Part shown: positions 35,003 to 42,753 of the stretch, in pieces
How the letters are laid out: every line of letters starts with the position of its first letter
Position numbering within the stretch: the stretch's first letter is position 1
Assembly (NCBI GenBank): GCA_047972125.1
Contig: JBKEAK010000208.1
Coordinates: 1,543 to 65,542, forward strand
Source: Halodesulfovibrio sp.
GTDB lineage: Bacteria > Desulfobacterota > Desulfovibrionia > Desulfovibrionales > Desulfovibrionaceae
Direction of reading: 5' to 3'
DNA length: 64,000 nucleotides
Translations under genes and position numbers: made by a program
Notes under the pieces: generated by a model
Database searches by the model: none
Seen by the model: only the letters and a program-made list of their open reading frames with translations
Told to the model about the DNA's origin: nothing

Positions 35003-36100
35003 CTACACCAACGCCCTGTTCAGGTTCACAATGAAGTCCTGCACGTTGGTCAGAATGGCATGCGCAGTCAGGGAGCCGCGATCCGCCAGCTTGCCTGCCG
35101 CAAATTCCGACATATCCACGATGAAGAAGTACACGGGCCGCACACTGCCGTCCTCCATCACCTGATACGAGGGCGTCATGTTGCCCGTGGCAATGGTATG
35201 CAGCTGGGTGGCCATGGCGATAACCGTTGTGGCCTTGCGCGCAAGGGCCCGCATGCAATCCTGCGCGGCATACACATCGCCCACCACTCCGGGCAGGGGG
35301 CCGTCGTCGCGGATGGACCCGGCAAGCACATAATCCACCTTATTCTCCACCACGGCACGCATGACGCCATTGCGCACGCCGCCCTGATGCACGGCCTGTT
35401 CTATGGAACCGTATCCCTTGATGGCGTTTATAGCGTCCAGATGATGGTAGTGCCCCATGGATGCCTGCTTCTTGGAATAGATGCCCTGACCAAGCGCGGT
35501 TTCATACAAGGCCCCTTCAAGATCGTGAGTCGCCAGCGCGTTACCGGCCAGCAGGCCGTGCACATAGCCTTTGTCCACCAACGAGGCAAAAGCCCTGCGC
35601 GCATCGGAATCGAAAATCACCGCAGGGCCACCGACCCAGAGGATGAAACCGTTTTTCCGGTCGTGGCGCAAAATCTCATGCAGCGTGTCATAATCTATGG
35701 AAAACGACGTTTCCCGGCTGGTGGAGGTGCGGAAGGCGAACTTCTCGCACGCGTCCCCATCCACACCCATGAAGCCCGTGGTGTGCACATAAAGTCCGTC
35801 TTCGCCATTTTCACGGCGGCCCACCGCAACAAGGTCCCCCACCTTGAGACGGCGAAATTCCACCACCTCAAGCGTATCGTCGTTGACCTTGCGTATGACA
35901 CAGTCCATGCGGGACTGCCTGAGCAGAATCCACTTGCCCTTCACCGTCTGCACATATTCCGGATAGATCGCCGTGGCGTGATAGTCCGCAGGCGCAACTC
36001 CGGCCCGCACACACGGGGCAAAACGGGCAACCGGCGCATCGCGCAAACCGGGAGAAGTGAAGTCGGGATGATGGTACTCGGGCAGGACAAAACGGGACAT
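35003..36100 (-). CDS. TIGR00300 / LOR-SDH-like family protein (deoxyhypusine-synthase-like fold); biochemical role unclear
   Basis: ATG 36100 is preceded by GGAGG. Segments such as FILWVGGPAVIFDSDAR, GLLAGNALATHDLE and LAGSIRDDGPLPGV resemble that family as I recall it. Confidence 0.4.
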   Translation of the reverse strand: MSRFVLPEYHHPDFTSPGLRDAPVARFAPCVRAGVAPADYHATAIYPEYVQTVKGKWILLRQSRMDCVIRKVNDDTLEVVEFRRLKVGDLVAVGRRENGEDGLYVHTTGFMGVDGDACEKFAFRTSTSRETSFSIDYDTLHEILRHDRKNGFILWVGGPAVIFDSDARRAFASLVDKGYVHGLLAGNALATHDLEGALYETALGQGIYSKKQASMGHYHHLDAINAIKGYGSIEQAVHQGGVRNGVMRAVVENKVDYVLAGSIRDDGPLPGVVGDVYAAQDCMRALARKATTVIAMATQLHTIATGNMTPSYQVMEDGSVRPVYFFIVDMSEFAAGKLADRGSLTAHAILTNVQDFIVNLNRALV

Positions 36101-36276
36101 GGGCACCTCCATGGGGTTCGGGACTGTCACCAAGCCTGAAAGATACCATGGTTCTACCATGCCCTCGAAATGAAAGGAACCCCTTCTGCCCTTCCCCGAC
36201 CTTTCACCGGCCTTGCCCCCTCAGCCATTTCTGTCCCTTTGTATCGGGCAGGCTGGCAAACCGGCCGTTCCGGCCT

Positions 36277-36324
36277 GCTATCATTCCGACCTGCTATCAG
36301 TCAGGCCAGCTATCATTCCGGCTT
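36277..36324. repeat. Three imperfect tandem copies of a 16-nt unit
   Basis: gctatcattccgacct / gctatcagtcaggcca / gctatcattccggctt, lying 177-224 nt upstream of the ATG at 36100. Confidence 0.8.
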
Positions 36325-36390
36325 GCGCGGCCTGCACTCCGTCCGCAATCAACACCGTTTCTACTGACACCCGTTGCAGTTTTTCTCCAC

Positions 36391-36422
36391 GCAAAAGCCC
36401 CCGGAACAATCTTCCGGGGGCT
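36391..36422 (-). terminator. Rho-independent terminator of the radical SAM gene
   Basis: agcccccggaa (36396-36406) pairs with ttccgggggct (36412-36422). A-run 36392-36395 gives the U-run on the minus strand. Confidence 0.75.
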
Positions 36423-36481
36423 GAGAAAACATCCCTGCCGACGAAGTCTGGCGGCAAAGCTGTCAGACTATCTGCGGCGTA

Positions 36482-37396
36482 TCAGGATTCGCTGCATGAA
36501 GCGCCAAAGGCAAAGCAGCTGAAGCAGCGATGGTGCCGCAGGCTCACCGGCTCGTTCAGGGCCGCTTCAAGGTCGGTCCCGAAGTAATATTCGTCGTCAT
36601 CGTCCACGAGCGTGCAGGGTAACACCTGCATTCTGCCACCGCGCTTCACGATCATCTTGCTGAAGGCGCACATGAAACGGGAGCGGCTTTCCGCTGTGTG
36701 GTAGCGGGTCATGCAGTCAGTGGTAATCTGGGGTACTTCCGGCGAAGTTGCCGGACGCCCGAGATCGGGAAAGGCCACAATGTTCAGATTCTCCGGCAGA
36801 CCCGCTCCCTTGAACAGGGCGGCGTAACGCCGTGACACCGCCGCCGTATCCTCGCCTTTGTCAGCATGACGGGCCACGGAAACGCTGAAGCCCAGCGTAT
36901 ACAGCGCACTCAGACCGTGCAACGCACGCTCGAAGCTGCCCTTGCCCCGTGCGGCATCGTGCAGTTCAGGATCAGGCCGGTCCAGACTGACGCGGAAAGA
37001 GACCGGATTGGCCCCGTGCGCAAGGTGCGCGATGGAAGAAAGCGAACGGGAAAGGGGGCGGGTGGCATTGGTCAGCACCAGACAGGGACGCAGGCTGGCG
37101 GCATATTCCAGAATGGCGGGAAATGCCGCAGCCATGAAGGGTTCTCCGCCGGTAAAGCTGAACCGCTCCACGCCAAGGCGCACGGCTTCATCAAGATAGG
37201 GGGCCACGTCTTCCAGCGATATTTCATCAAGACGGGAAACACCCGGGCCTGATCCTTCCAGACAGAACGAGCAGGAAAGATTGCAGTTGGTCCCGGTGTG
37301 AAACCAGAGTTCGCGCAGGGTTTCCGGTTCAATGAAACCGCGGGGCTCCCCTTTGGGGGTAAAATTCCAAGCCTGAGTATGTTCCTGAATCATCAT
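36482..37396 (-). CDS. Radical SAM protein with a C-terminal Cys-rich extension (ArsS/TIGR04167-like layout)
   Basis: CNLSCSFC (CX3CX2C), FTGGEPF, and the C-terminal motifs VLPCTLVDDD and HHRCFSCFAFGASCSE. Confidence 0.6.
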   Translation of the reverse strand: MMIQEHTQAWNFTPKGEPRGFIEPETLRELWFHTGTNCNLSCSFCLEGSGPGVSRLDEISLEDVAPYLDEAVRLGVERFSFTGGEPFMAAAFPAILEYAASLRPCLVLTNATRPLSRSLSSIAHLAHGANPVSFRVSLDRPDPELHDAARGKGSFERALHGLSALYTLGFSVSVARHADKGEDTAAVSRRYAALFKGAGLPENLNIVAFPDLGRPATSPEVPQITTDCMTRYHTAESRSRFMCAFSKMIVKRGGRMQVLPCTLVDDDDEYYFGTDLEAALNEPVSLRHHRCFSCFAFGASCSES

Positions 37397-37585
37397 GCCT
37401 CCATCCGGCGATTTTCATGACAGGCCGGAAAAGCGCCCGCCTGCCCGGCACCCTACAACAACCCGCCCCCACGAATCCAGACCATTTATACTGCCTATCG
37501 GACTGGCACCCCGCATTTCTTCTTTCTATGTTGCCCAGCCGAAAGCACGACCGAATTACGCGGACGGCGAACGCCTTCAGGCAAC

Positions 37586-37610
37586 AAAAAAGCCGCCCGC
37601 AGGCGGCCTT
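37586..37610 (-). terminator. Probable rho-independent terminator
   Basis: gccgcc/ggcggc stem with an A6 run on the plus strand (U-run on the minus strand), just downstream of 37632-37904. Confidence 0.5.
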
Positions 37611-37631
37611 CAGATCATTTGGCAAGGTCCG

Positions 37632-37904
37632 TCAGGACTTTTCCGGCATATCCTCATCCTGAAAATCTTCCGGAAACAAAATCTTGTGGGGCACAAGAGG
37701 ACGCTCCCACAGGCAGACCATGCGCACCTTTTTCATGAAACGGTCCAGGGGCACATAGTCGTCATATTTTGCGCAGGTACGCTCAAAGGCGTCGCGTACA
37801 TATTCCATGGTAAAGCGGCCGGGGTACTGGGCCTCGATATCGGCCTGCACAGCGAGCCACAGATCGTCGTCCGTAATGTCGGGCCAAACCTTTTCAGTGC
37901 TCAT
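37632..37904 (-). CDS. Hypothetical 90-aa acidic protein
   Basis: ATG 37904 is preceded by GGAGA. MSTEKVWPDITDDDLWLAVQADIEAQYPGRF... No family was recognised. Confidence 0.45.
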   Translation of the reverse strand: MSTEKVWPDITDDDLWLAVQADIEAQYPGRFTMEYVRDAFERTCAKYDDYVPLDRFMKKVRMVCLWERPLVPHKILFPEDFQDEDMPEKS

Positions 37905-38030
37905 TCTATGTCTCCTGCAAAACTGGTTGCGGCAATGCATACCGCCAAAGCCGGAAATGTGCCTGCATTGCCGCCTGCCTGTCAACCGCCCTGCGCATGC
38001 CTGCGTCCGGGAAACCGTTACGCAGGCGGC

Positions 38031-38639
38031 TCAGCCCAGCCGTTCGATCACGAGCAGCGCCTCGCCGTTACGATCCTTGTTGCAGATATCGTAACGGGCC
38101 ACGCGGAATGCCTCCCACGGCAAGGCGGATGCCCAGTCGAACACGGCCACGCCTTCTGCTCTGCCACCTTCATGCCCGGTGTATACATGCACGGTCACAA
38201 TGCCGTGCACACATAGCATGGACAGCACTGCATCCAGAGCGGCTATGGTGCCCTGGGGCTGCGTGACAATGGTCTTGTCGCCTCCGGGCAGATATCCCAG
38301 ATTGAACATGGCGGCGCGCACACGGCCATGCGCGGCAGCCGGGATCAACCGCGCTGCCTGCTCATGCCCCGCATGAAGCAAGGTGACCCGTTCGGCCACA
38401 CCGGCAGCGGCCAGACGCTCGCGGGCATTGGCCAGCGCAGCATCTTGAATATCAAAGCCGTACACATGCCCCTGCTCCCCGGCAAGCTCTGCCAGAAACA
38501 GGGTATCGCGCCCGTTGCCAACGGTTCCGTCCACGGCAACCGGCCCGCCGTGCGCACCTTCGTCCGGCGGCAGCAGCATAGCCTGCCGCACGAACTGCTT
38601 GGTCAAATCCAGTATGGATATGAGAACAGACGGCCTCAT
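38031..38639 (-). CDS. Class I SAM-dependent methyltransferase of the YtqB/MnmM type
   Basis: VAVDGTVGNGRDTLFLAELAGEQGHVYGFDIQDAALANARERL is collinear with B. subtilis YtqB ([29 protein letters not shown]) as I recall it. ATG 38639 is preceded by GGAGA. Confidence 0.65.
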   Translation of the reverse strand: MRPSVLISILDLTKQFVRQAMLLPPDEGAHGGPVAVDGTVGNGRDTLFLAELAGEQGHVYGFDIQDAALANARERLAAAGVAERVTLLHAGHEQAARLIPAAAHGRVRAAMFNLGYLPGGDKTIVTQPQGTIAALDAVLSMLCVHGIVTVHVYTGHEGGRAEGVAVFDWASALPWEAFRVARYDICNKDRNGEALLVIERLG

Positions 38640-38763
38640 AGGTATTTCTCCGATCGCATGGGCTGGTCCTACGCCATAGCTGTGGCCCCTGCAACCGATC
38701 AGGCATGCGCGAGGTGCTGACGCATATTCACAACGGCTCATCACTCTTCATAATTTTCACCAT

Positions 38764-38839
38764 GTGCAAGCCCCTGGTTCAGTGCAAATTGTGCAAGGTT
38801 TTTCACCCTGCGCGCAACTCCTTGCACCTTACATTGCAC
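38764..38839 (+). promoter_or_regulatory. Array of five GTGCAA/TTGCAC hexamers (candidate enhancer-binding-protein UAS)
   Basis: GTGCAA at 38764, 38782 and 38791; its reverse complement TTGCAC at 38822 and 38834. GTGCAAGG (38791-38798) and CCTTGCAC (38820-38827) form an inverted repeat. The array lies 55-130 nt upstream of the -24/-12 element. Confidence 0.45.
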
Positions 38840-38893
38840 AACCACTCAACCCCAAAACACAGTAACATTCCGATTTTACAGGACAACACACTT

Positions 38894-38908
38894 TGGCACA
38901 GTCCGTGC
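38894..38908 (+). promoter_or_regulatory. Sigma-54 (-24/-12) promoter
   Basis: TGGCACagtccGTGC has the exact GG-N10-GC spacing of the TGGCACG-N4-TTGC consensus. It lies 30 nt upstream of ATG 38938. Confidence 0.6.
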
Positions 38909-38937
38909 TTTATTCCACGCAACAAACGGAGCACATA

Positions 38938-39132
38938 ATGCAACGCAATTCAACATATACTCAATCCCCTTTCACCAATCATGAACTCACTCCCATGATT
39001 GATTTCATACAAGAACAGATTGCCACCTCCTCAGAAGCCCAACGGCAATCAGTTCGCCTCCTTATGAGGTGGTGGCTTGAAGCTGGCCGCCACCTCACTC
39101 CCGAAAGTGAACACCCTGTACATAACCAGTAA
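38938..39132 (+). CDS. 64-codon ORF downstream of the sigma-54 promoter (hypothetical small protein, or part of a regulatory RNA)
   Basis: ACGGAG RBS 9 nt upstream of the ATG. MQRNSTYTQSPFTNHELTPMIDFIQEQIATSSEAQRQSVRLLMRWWLEAGRHLTPESEHPVHNQ. The local sequence is AT-richer than the surrounding window. Confidence 0.4.
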   Translation: MQRNSTYTQSPFTNHELTPMIDFIQEQIATSSEAQRQSVRLLMRWWLEAGRHLTPESEHPVHNQ

Positions 39133-39182
39133 AAAACGCATTGGAACCTCCCTAAAGCACTCACCTCATCTCCTCAACGCGT

Positions 39183-39214
39183 CAGGGCGGGGAGTCGGAA
39201 GCTTCCCCGCCCTG
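39183..39214 (+). other. Perfect 11-bp-stem hairpin flanked by 14-nt CU-rich direct repeats
   Basis: cagggcgggga (39183-39193) pairs with tccccgccctg (39204-39214). ctcatctcctcaac occurs at 39165-39178 and 39238-39251. No U-run follows the hairpin. Confidence 0.6.
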
Positions 39215-39288
39215 AAGGAGAAAGAACAAATTTCCAGCTCATCTCCTCAACTCCAGAAACTCCCTTAACAGTCCGGTTCCCCCGCCGG

Positions 39289-39318
39289 AAAAAACGAACG
39301 GCCCGAAAGGGCCGTTCG
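39289..39318 (-). terminator. Rho-independent terminator of the cbiA-cbiC operon
   Basis: cgaacggccc (39295-39304) pairs with gggccgttcg (39309-39318). The A6 run at 39289-39294 gives the U-run on the minus strand. Confidence 0.8.
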
Positions 39319-39388
39319 CAGTTTGTGCAAATGAGTTTCCACCAGCTCGGCAGAGCAAGGTAACTGCCGTTTCACCGGCAGGGGGGGG

Positions 39389-40066
39389 TTATTTGCGCAA
39401 GGCCAGCTCGGCAAGCGCATTCACCGTTGCTGCGGCAAGGGGAGAACCGCCCTTGCGACCGCGAATGGCAATAAAGGGCACTGCAGTCTGCCCCACGAGA
39501 AGTTCTTTCGACTCTGCCGCGTTCACAAATCCCACGGGCATGCCGACAATCAGGGCAGGAGCCTGCCCGCCTGCTTCAAGATGCTCCATCAGGCGGATAA
39601 GCGCCGTGGGGGCGTTGCCGATGGCCATGATGCATCCCTGCAGTTCGGTACGGGCCGCTTCCATGGCGGCATGGGCACGGGTTGTGCCGTTTGCCTTGGC
39701 AGCCGCCACCACATCGGGCCTGTTCAGCAGGCACTGCACCGTGCAGCCCAAGGGCTCCATGCGGCGCAGGGGAATGCCAGAGCGGGCCATTTCCGTATCC
39801 GTGAACACCTTGCATCCGCCGCCAAGGGCTTTCAAACCGGCATCCACAGCCTGAGGGTGAAAGACGATATGGTTGAGCAGATCAAAATCAGCCGAGGTAT
39901 GAATAAGCCTGCGGGCAATCTCCCACTGCGCACCGGCAAAGGGGCGGGGTTCCGGCACTTCGCTGTCGATGATCTCGAAGGAACGCGCCTCTATGGTATC
40001 GGGGGCAAAATAAGGCTGAAGCGTGGTCAAAATGCTGTATCCTTTACCGCGCTCTGGCGCAGGCAT
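39389..40066 (-). CDS. cbiC: Precorrin-8X / cobalt-precorrin-8 methylmutase
   Basis: IEARSFEIIDSEV..., IHTSADFDL, GNAPTAL and VGFVNAAESK motifs. The start was placed at ATG 40066 (23-nt overlap with cbiA); the ORF is open to 40243. Confidence 0.85.
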   Translation of the reverse strand: MPAPERGKGYSILTTLQPYFAPDTIEARSFEIIDSEVPEPRPFAGAQWEIARRLIHTSADFDLLNHIVFHPQAVDAGLKALGGGCKVFTDTEMARSGIPLRRMEPLGCTVQCLLNRPDVVAAAKANGTTRAHAAMEAARTELQGCIMAIGNAPTALIRLMEHLEAGGQAPALIVGMPVGFVNAAESKELLVGQTAVPFIAIRGRKGGSPLAAATVNALAELALRK

Positions 40067-41420
40067 CCACAAATGCCGTTGCAAGGGCGGGATTAGAGGC
40101 AAAATGAAGGTGAACGTACGACCCCAAGGTGTTTCTGCGGACAAATCCTTCCGACTGGGGACGCCAGTCCCGGCGGTCGCGCAGCTTGTATATGGCGAGC
40201 GCCTCGGGATCTTCTTCGGAAATATGGGAATAGTGGAATTCATGCCCGCGTGCCACTGTCCACGGCGCTCCGAAAATGGAAGGAGCCATGGTCGTTATCT
40301 CGCGGTAGCCCAGCGCACGGAACCGCACATCCATGCGGCATTCCATTGCAAAGCAGCCGCACATGGGCAGCAGTGTCCCTGCGCCGGTGCGCAGGCCCTG
40401 CATCAGGTACATGAACCCGCCGCATTCTGCATAGACCGGCCTGCCGCTCTCTGAAAAATGAAACACGGCCCGGCGCATGGGTTCGTTGTCCGCCAAAGCT
40501 TCGGCATGCACTTCGGGGTAGCCGCCTCCGAAATACAAACCGCTCACGCCCTCGGGCAGATCAGCATCTTCAAGTGGCGAGAAGTAGCACAGCTCGGCCC
40601 CTGCTTCTTCAAGAAGCCGCAGGTTGTCAGCATAATAGAAGCAGAAGGCGGCATCCCGCGCCACACCGATGCGGGCACGCACAGGCACCTTGGGGGCCAC
40701 GCGGGGAAGACCGGGATACAGCTCAGGCAACAGGGAAAGAAAGGCCGGAATATCCATGGCGCTTTCTATCCAGTCGGCCATGGCCTCACGCCGCTCTGCC
40801 GAAAGCGGATGCTCCTCTGCGGTCATGAGTCCGAGATGGCGCGAAGGCACAGCGAGCGTATCGTCACGCTGCAGGCAGCCCGCAAGATGCACCCCGGGGC
40901 AATATGTCTTCATGGCTTCCGCCAGCAGGGAGACGTGGTTGTCACTCCCCACCCTGTTGAACAGAACGCCCGCAAAGGTCAGGCCGGGATCGAATGCGGT
41001 ATATCCCTGCACCAGCGCGGCAGCGGAACGGGCCATGGACCGCGCATCGGCCACAAGCAGCACAGGCGCATTCAGCCATTTGGCGATCTCAGCCGTTGAG
41101 CCGGATTCGCTGCTGCCCGAGGCTCCGTCGTAGAGTCCCATGACCCCTTCGACAATGGCAACATCGGGCACGTCGTGTGCCTGAATGGTGTGTCTGGTAA
41201 AAATATCCTGCACGGTTTCGGCATCAGTCATCCAGCCGTCAAGGTTGTGGCTGGGACGGCCGGTAACAAGGGCATGGTGGCCGGGGTCGATAAAGTCCGG
41301 CCCGACCTTGAACGCCTGCACCTTGAGCCCGCGCCGCTCAAGAGCAGCCATGAGCGCAAGGCTCACGAGCGTCTTGCCGCACCCGCTGTGCGTTCCCCCC
41401 ACTACGAGCATTCTGGTCAT
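40044..41420 (-). CDS. cbiA: Cobyrinate a,c-diamide synthase
   Basis: N-terminal P-loop GTHSGCGKT, KVGPDFIDP, and a C-terminal glutamine amidotransferase domain (YAECGGFMYL). Confidence 0.9.
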   Translation of the reverse strand: MTRMLVVGGTHSGCGKTLVSLALMAALERRGLKVQAFKVGPDFIDPGHHALVTGRPSHNLDGWMTDAETVQDIFTRHTIQAHDVPDVAIVEGVMGLYDGASGSSESGSTAEIAKWLNAPVLLVADARSMARSAAALVQGYTAFDPGLTFAGVLFNRVGSDNHVSLLAEAMKTYCPGVHLAGCLQRDDTLAVPSRHLGLMTAEEHPLSAERREAMADWIESAMDIPAFLSLLPELYPGLPRVAPKVPVRARIGVARDAAFCFYYADNLRLLEEAGAELCYFSPLEDADLPEGVSGLYFGGGYPEVHAEALADNEPMRRAVFHFSESGRPVYAECGGFMYLMQGLRTGAGTLLPMCGCFAMECRMDVRFRALGYREITTMAPSIFGAPWTVARGHEFHYSHISEEDPEALAIYKLRDRRDWRPQSEGFVRRNTLGSYVHLHFASNPALATAFVDACARAR

Positions 41421-41426
41421 GCGCTG

Positions 41427-41666
41427 CTACAGCTCCCTGCGGGAAAATTTGCGGGCCATTATTTCCGCATCTTCGGGCTGGGAAGTCACCTGCAGTTCCG
41501 GGGCAGCACCGAAACAGGTGAATTCTCCGCGCTCCATGATGACATACCCTGCCGAAATGACCTTGGTGTAGGGCATCTGTTCACGCATGTCGGCGTGATC
41601 AACTCTCTGGGGGAAGATGAAGGGGACAGGCTGGCCTGAGAAATCTTCGAACATGATGTACTTCAT
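41427..41666 (-). CDS. Hypothetical 79-aa protein, first gene of the cbi transcription unit
   Basis: It ends 6 nt before the cbiA start on the same strand. MKYIMFEDFSGQPVPFIFPQRVDHADMREQMPYTKVISAGYVIM... No family was recognised. Confidence 0.45.
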   Translation of the reverse strand: MKYIMFEDFSGQPVPFIFPQRVDHADMREQMPYTKVISAGYVIMERGEFTCFGAAPELQVTSQPEDAEIMARKFSRREL

Positions 41667-42262
41667 ATGATTCGGCTCCGAATATGACTATGGCGTTGAT
41701 TCTCCCTTTTACGCATTTTGCCGAAAAACGTCCATCCAGCCGGAGCGCTGTTCCCGTCGCTCAGCGGCGTCCGGCACCCATGGCACCCCCATCAGCCCGC
41801 ACGGCACCTGCCCTGCGGGCAGCCGCTTCTCATGAGAAATTTCGTAAAGGCCCGCGTAGCCAATTTCATTCCTGTAACGTCCGCCTGCCGTCATTTCGCT
41901 GTGTTGACAGGCCTCAAACTTCAACAGGCAAGTCCGGACAAATTTCAAAACTGCATAAGAGGGTATAAATCAGCGTAGTAATCCACATCAACTGCACCAT
42001 AAACCCTCATCCACATTCATTCCCTACGCTACTCCATGGCATGGAAACACATTTGAATGGCAACGAGCGCCTCTTGTCCTTTCCCCTGTTTAAACCGGTA
42101 TCCCTATTACCGTTGCGACATCGCATCCGTTTTACCAACAACATTATATTCAAAAAAGCATTGCGCTTTTCGATGTTTTCTGAAATAAAACGCCGGAGTC
42201 ACGATCCTTCTTCACCTCTGTTGAGAAAATCGTGCCACTGTCCCACCCTGAGGAGCAGAAGA

Positions 42263-42655
42263 ATGGAAAACTACCTGAAAGAAGCTCTTGAAATAGTAAA
42301 GGCTCAGGCCAGTGTCCGGACCATGACGGAAGAAGAAATCACCACCATGGTCAAGAAACTTGCTGACGGCATAAAGGCCATCAGCGAAGGCTGTGCTGCG
42401 GGCGATGATACTGACACGGCTGAGATGGACCCCAAGAAGGCCATCAAGGAAAAGACCATCACCTGTGTCGAGTGTGGCAAGTCTTTCAAGATTCTGACCA
42501 AGAAGCATCTCGCCACTCACGGGCTCACTGTAGAAGAGTATCGTGAGAAGTGCGGCTACAAGAAGGGCACTCCTCTTGTATGCAAATCCCTGCAACGGGA
42601 ACGCCGCAAGAAGATGAAGGACATGAAGCTGTGGGAACGCCGCAATCAGGACTAG
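42263..42655 (+). CDS. MucR/Ros-family zinc-finger transcriptional regulator
   Basis: ATG 42263 is preceded by GAGGAG. ITCVECGKSFKILTKKHLATHGLTVEEYREKCGY is the Ros/MucR C2H2-like motif. Confidence 0.85.
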   Translation: MENYLKEALEIVKAQASVRTMTEEEITTMVKKLADGIKAISEGCAAGDDTDTAEMDPKKAIKEKTITCVECGKSFKILTKKHLATHGLTVEEYREKCGYKKGTPLVCKSLQRERRKKMKDMKLWERRNQD

Positions 42656-42680
42656 CCCCCTGTCACAAGATTTTTCTGAA

Positions 42681-42707
42681 AAGGCATCATAACATGATGC
42701 CTTTTTC
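42681..42707. terminator. Bidirectional rho-independent terminator
   Basis: aaggcatcat (42681-42690) pairs with atgatgcctt (42694-42703), followed by a T-run. It lies between convergent genes. Confidence 0.8.
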
Positions 42708-42753
42708 TTTTTCCGGCCCCGCCACTACAGCAGGGTAGAGAGCTCCAACGTCA

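Noticed and set aside
41667-42040. Possible cobalamin riboswitch in the ~370-nt GC-rich leader upstream of the cbi transcription unit (minus strand).
   Set aside because: I reverse-complemented the leader and looked for the B12 box (AGCCAGGAGACCTGCC-like) and the GGTG...AAxAGGGAA core. Only weak partial resemblances (ACGGGAACAGCG, CAGGAATGAAATTGG) are present. An Infernal scan with RF00174 would settle the question, and I cannot support the call by eye.
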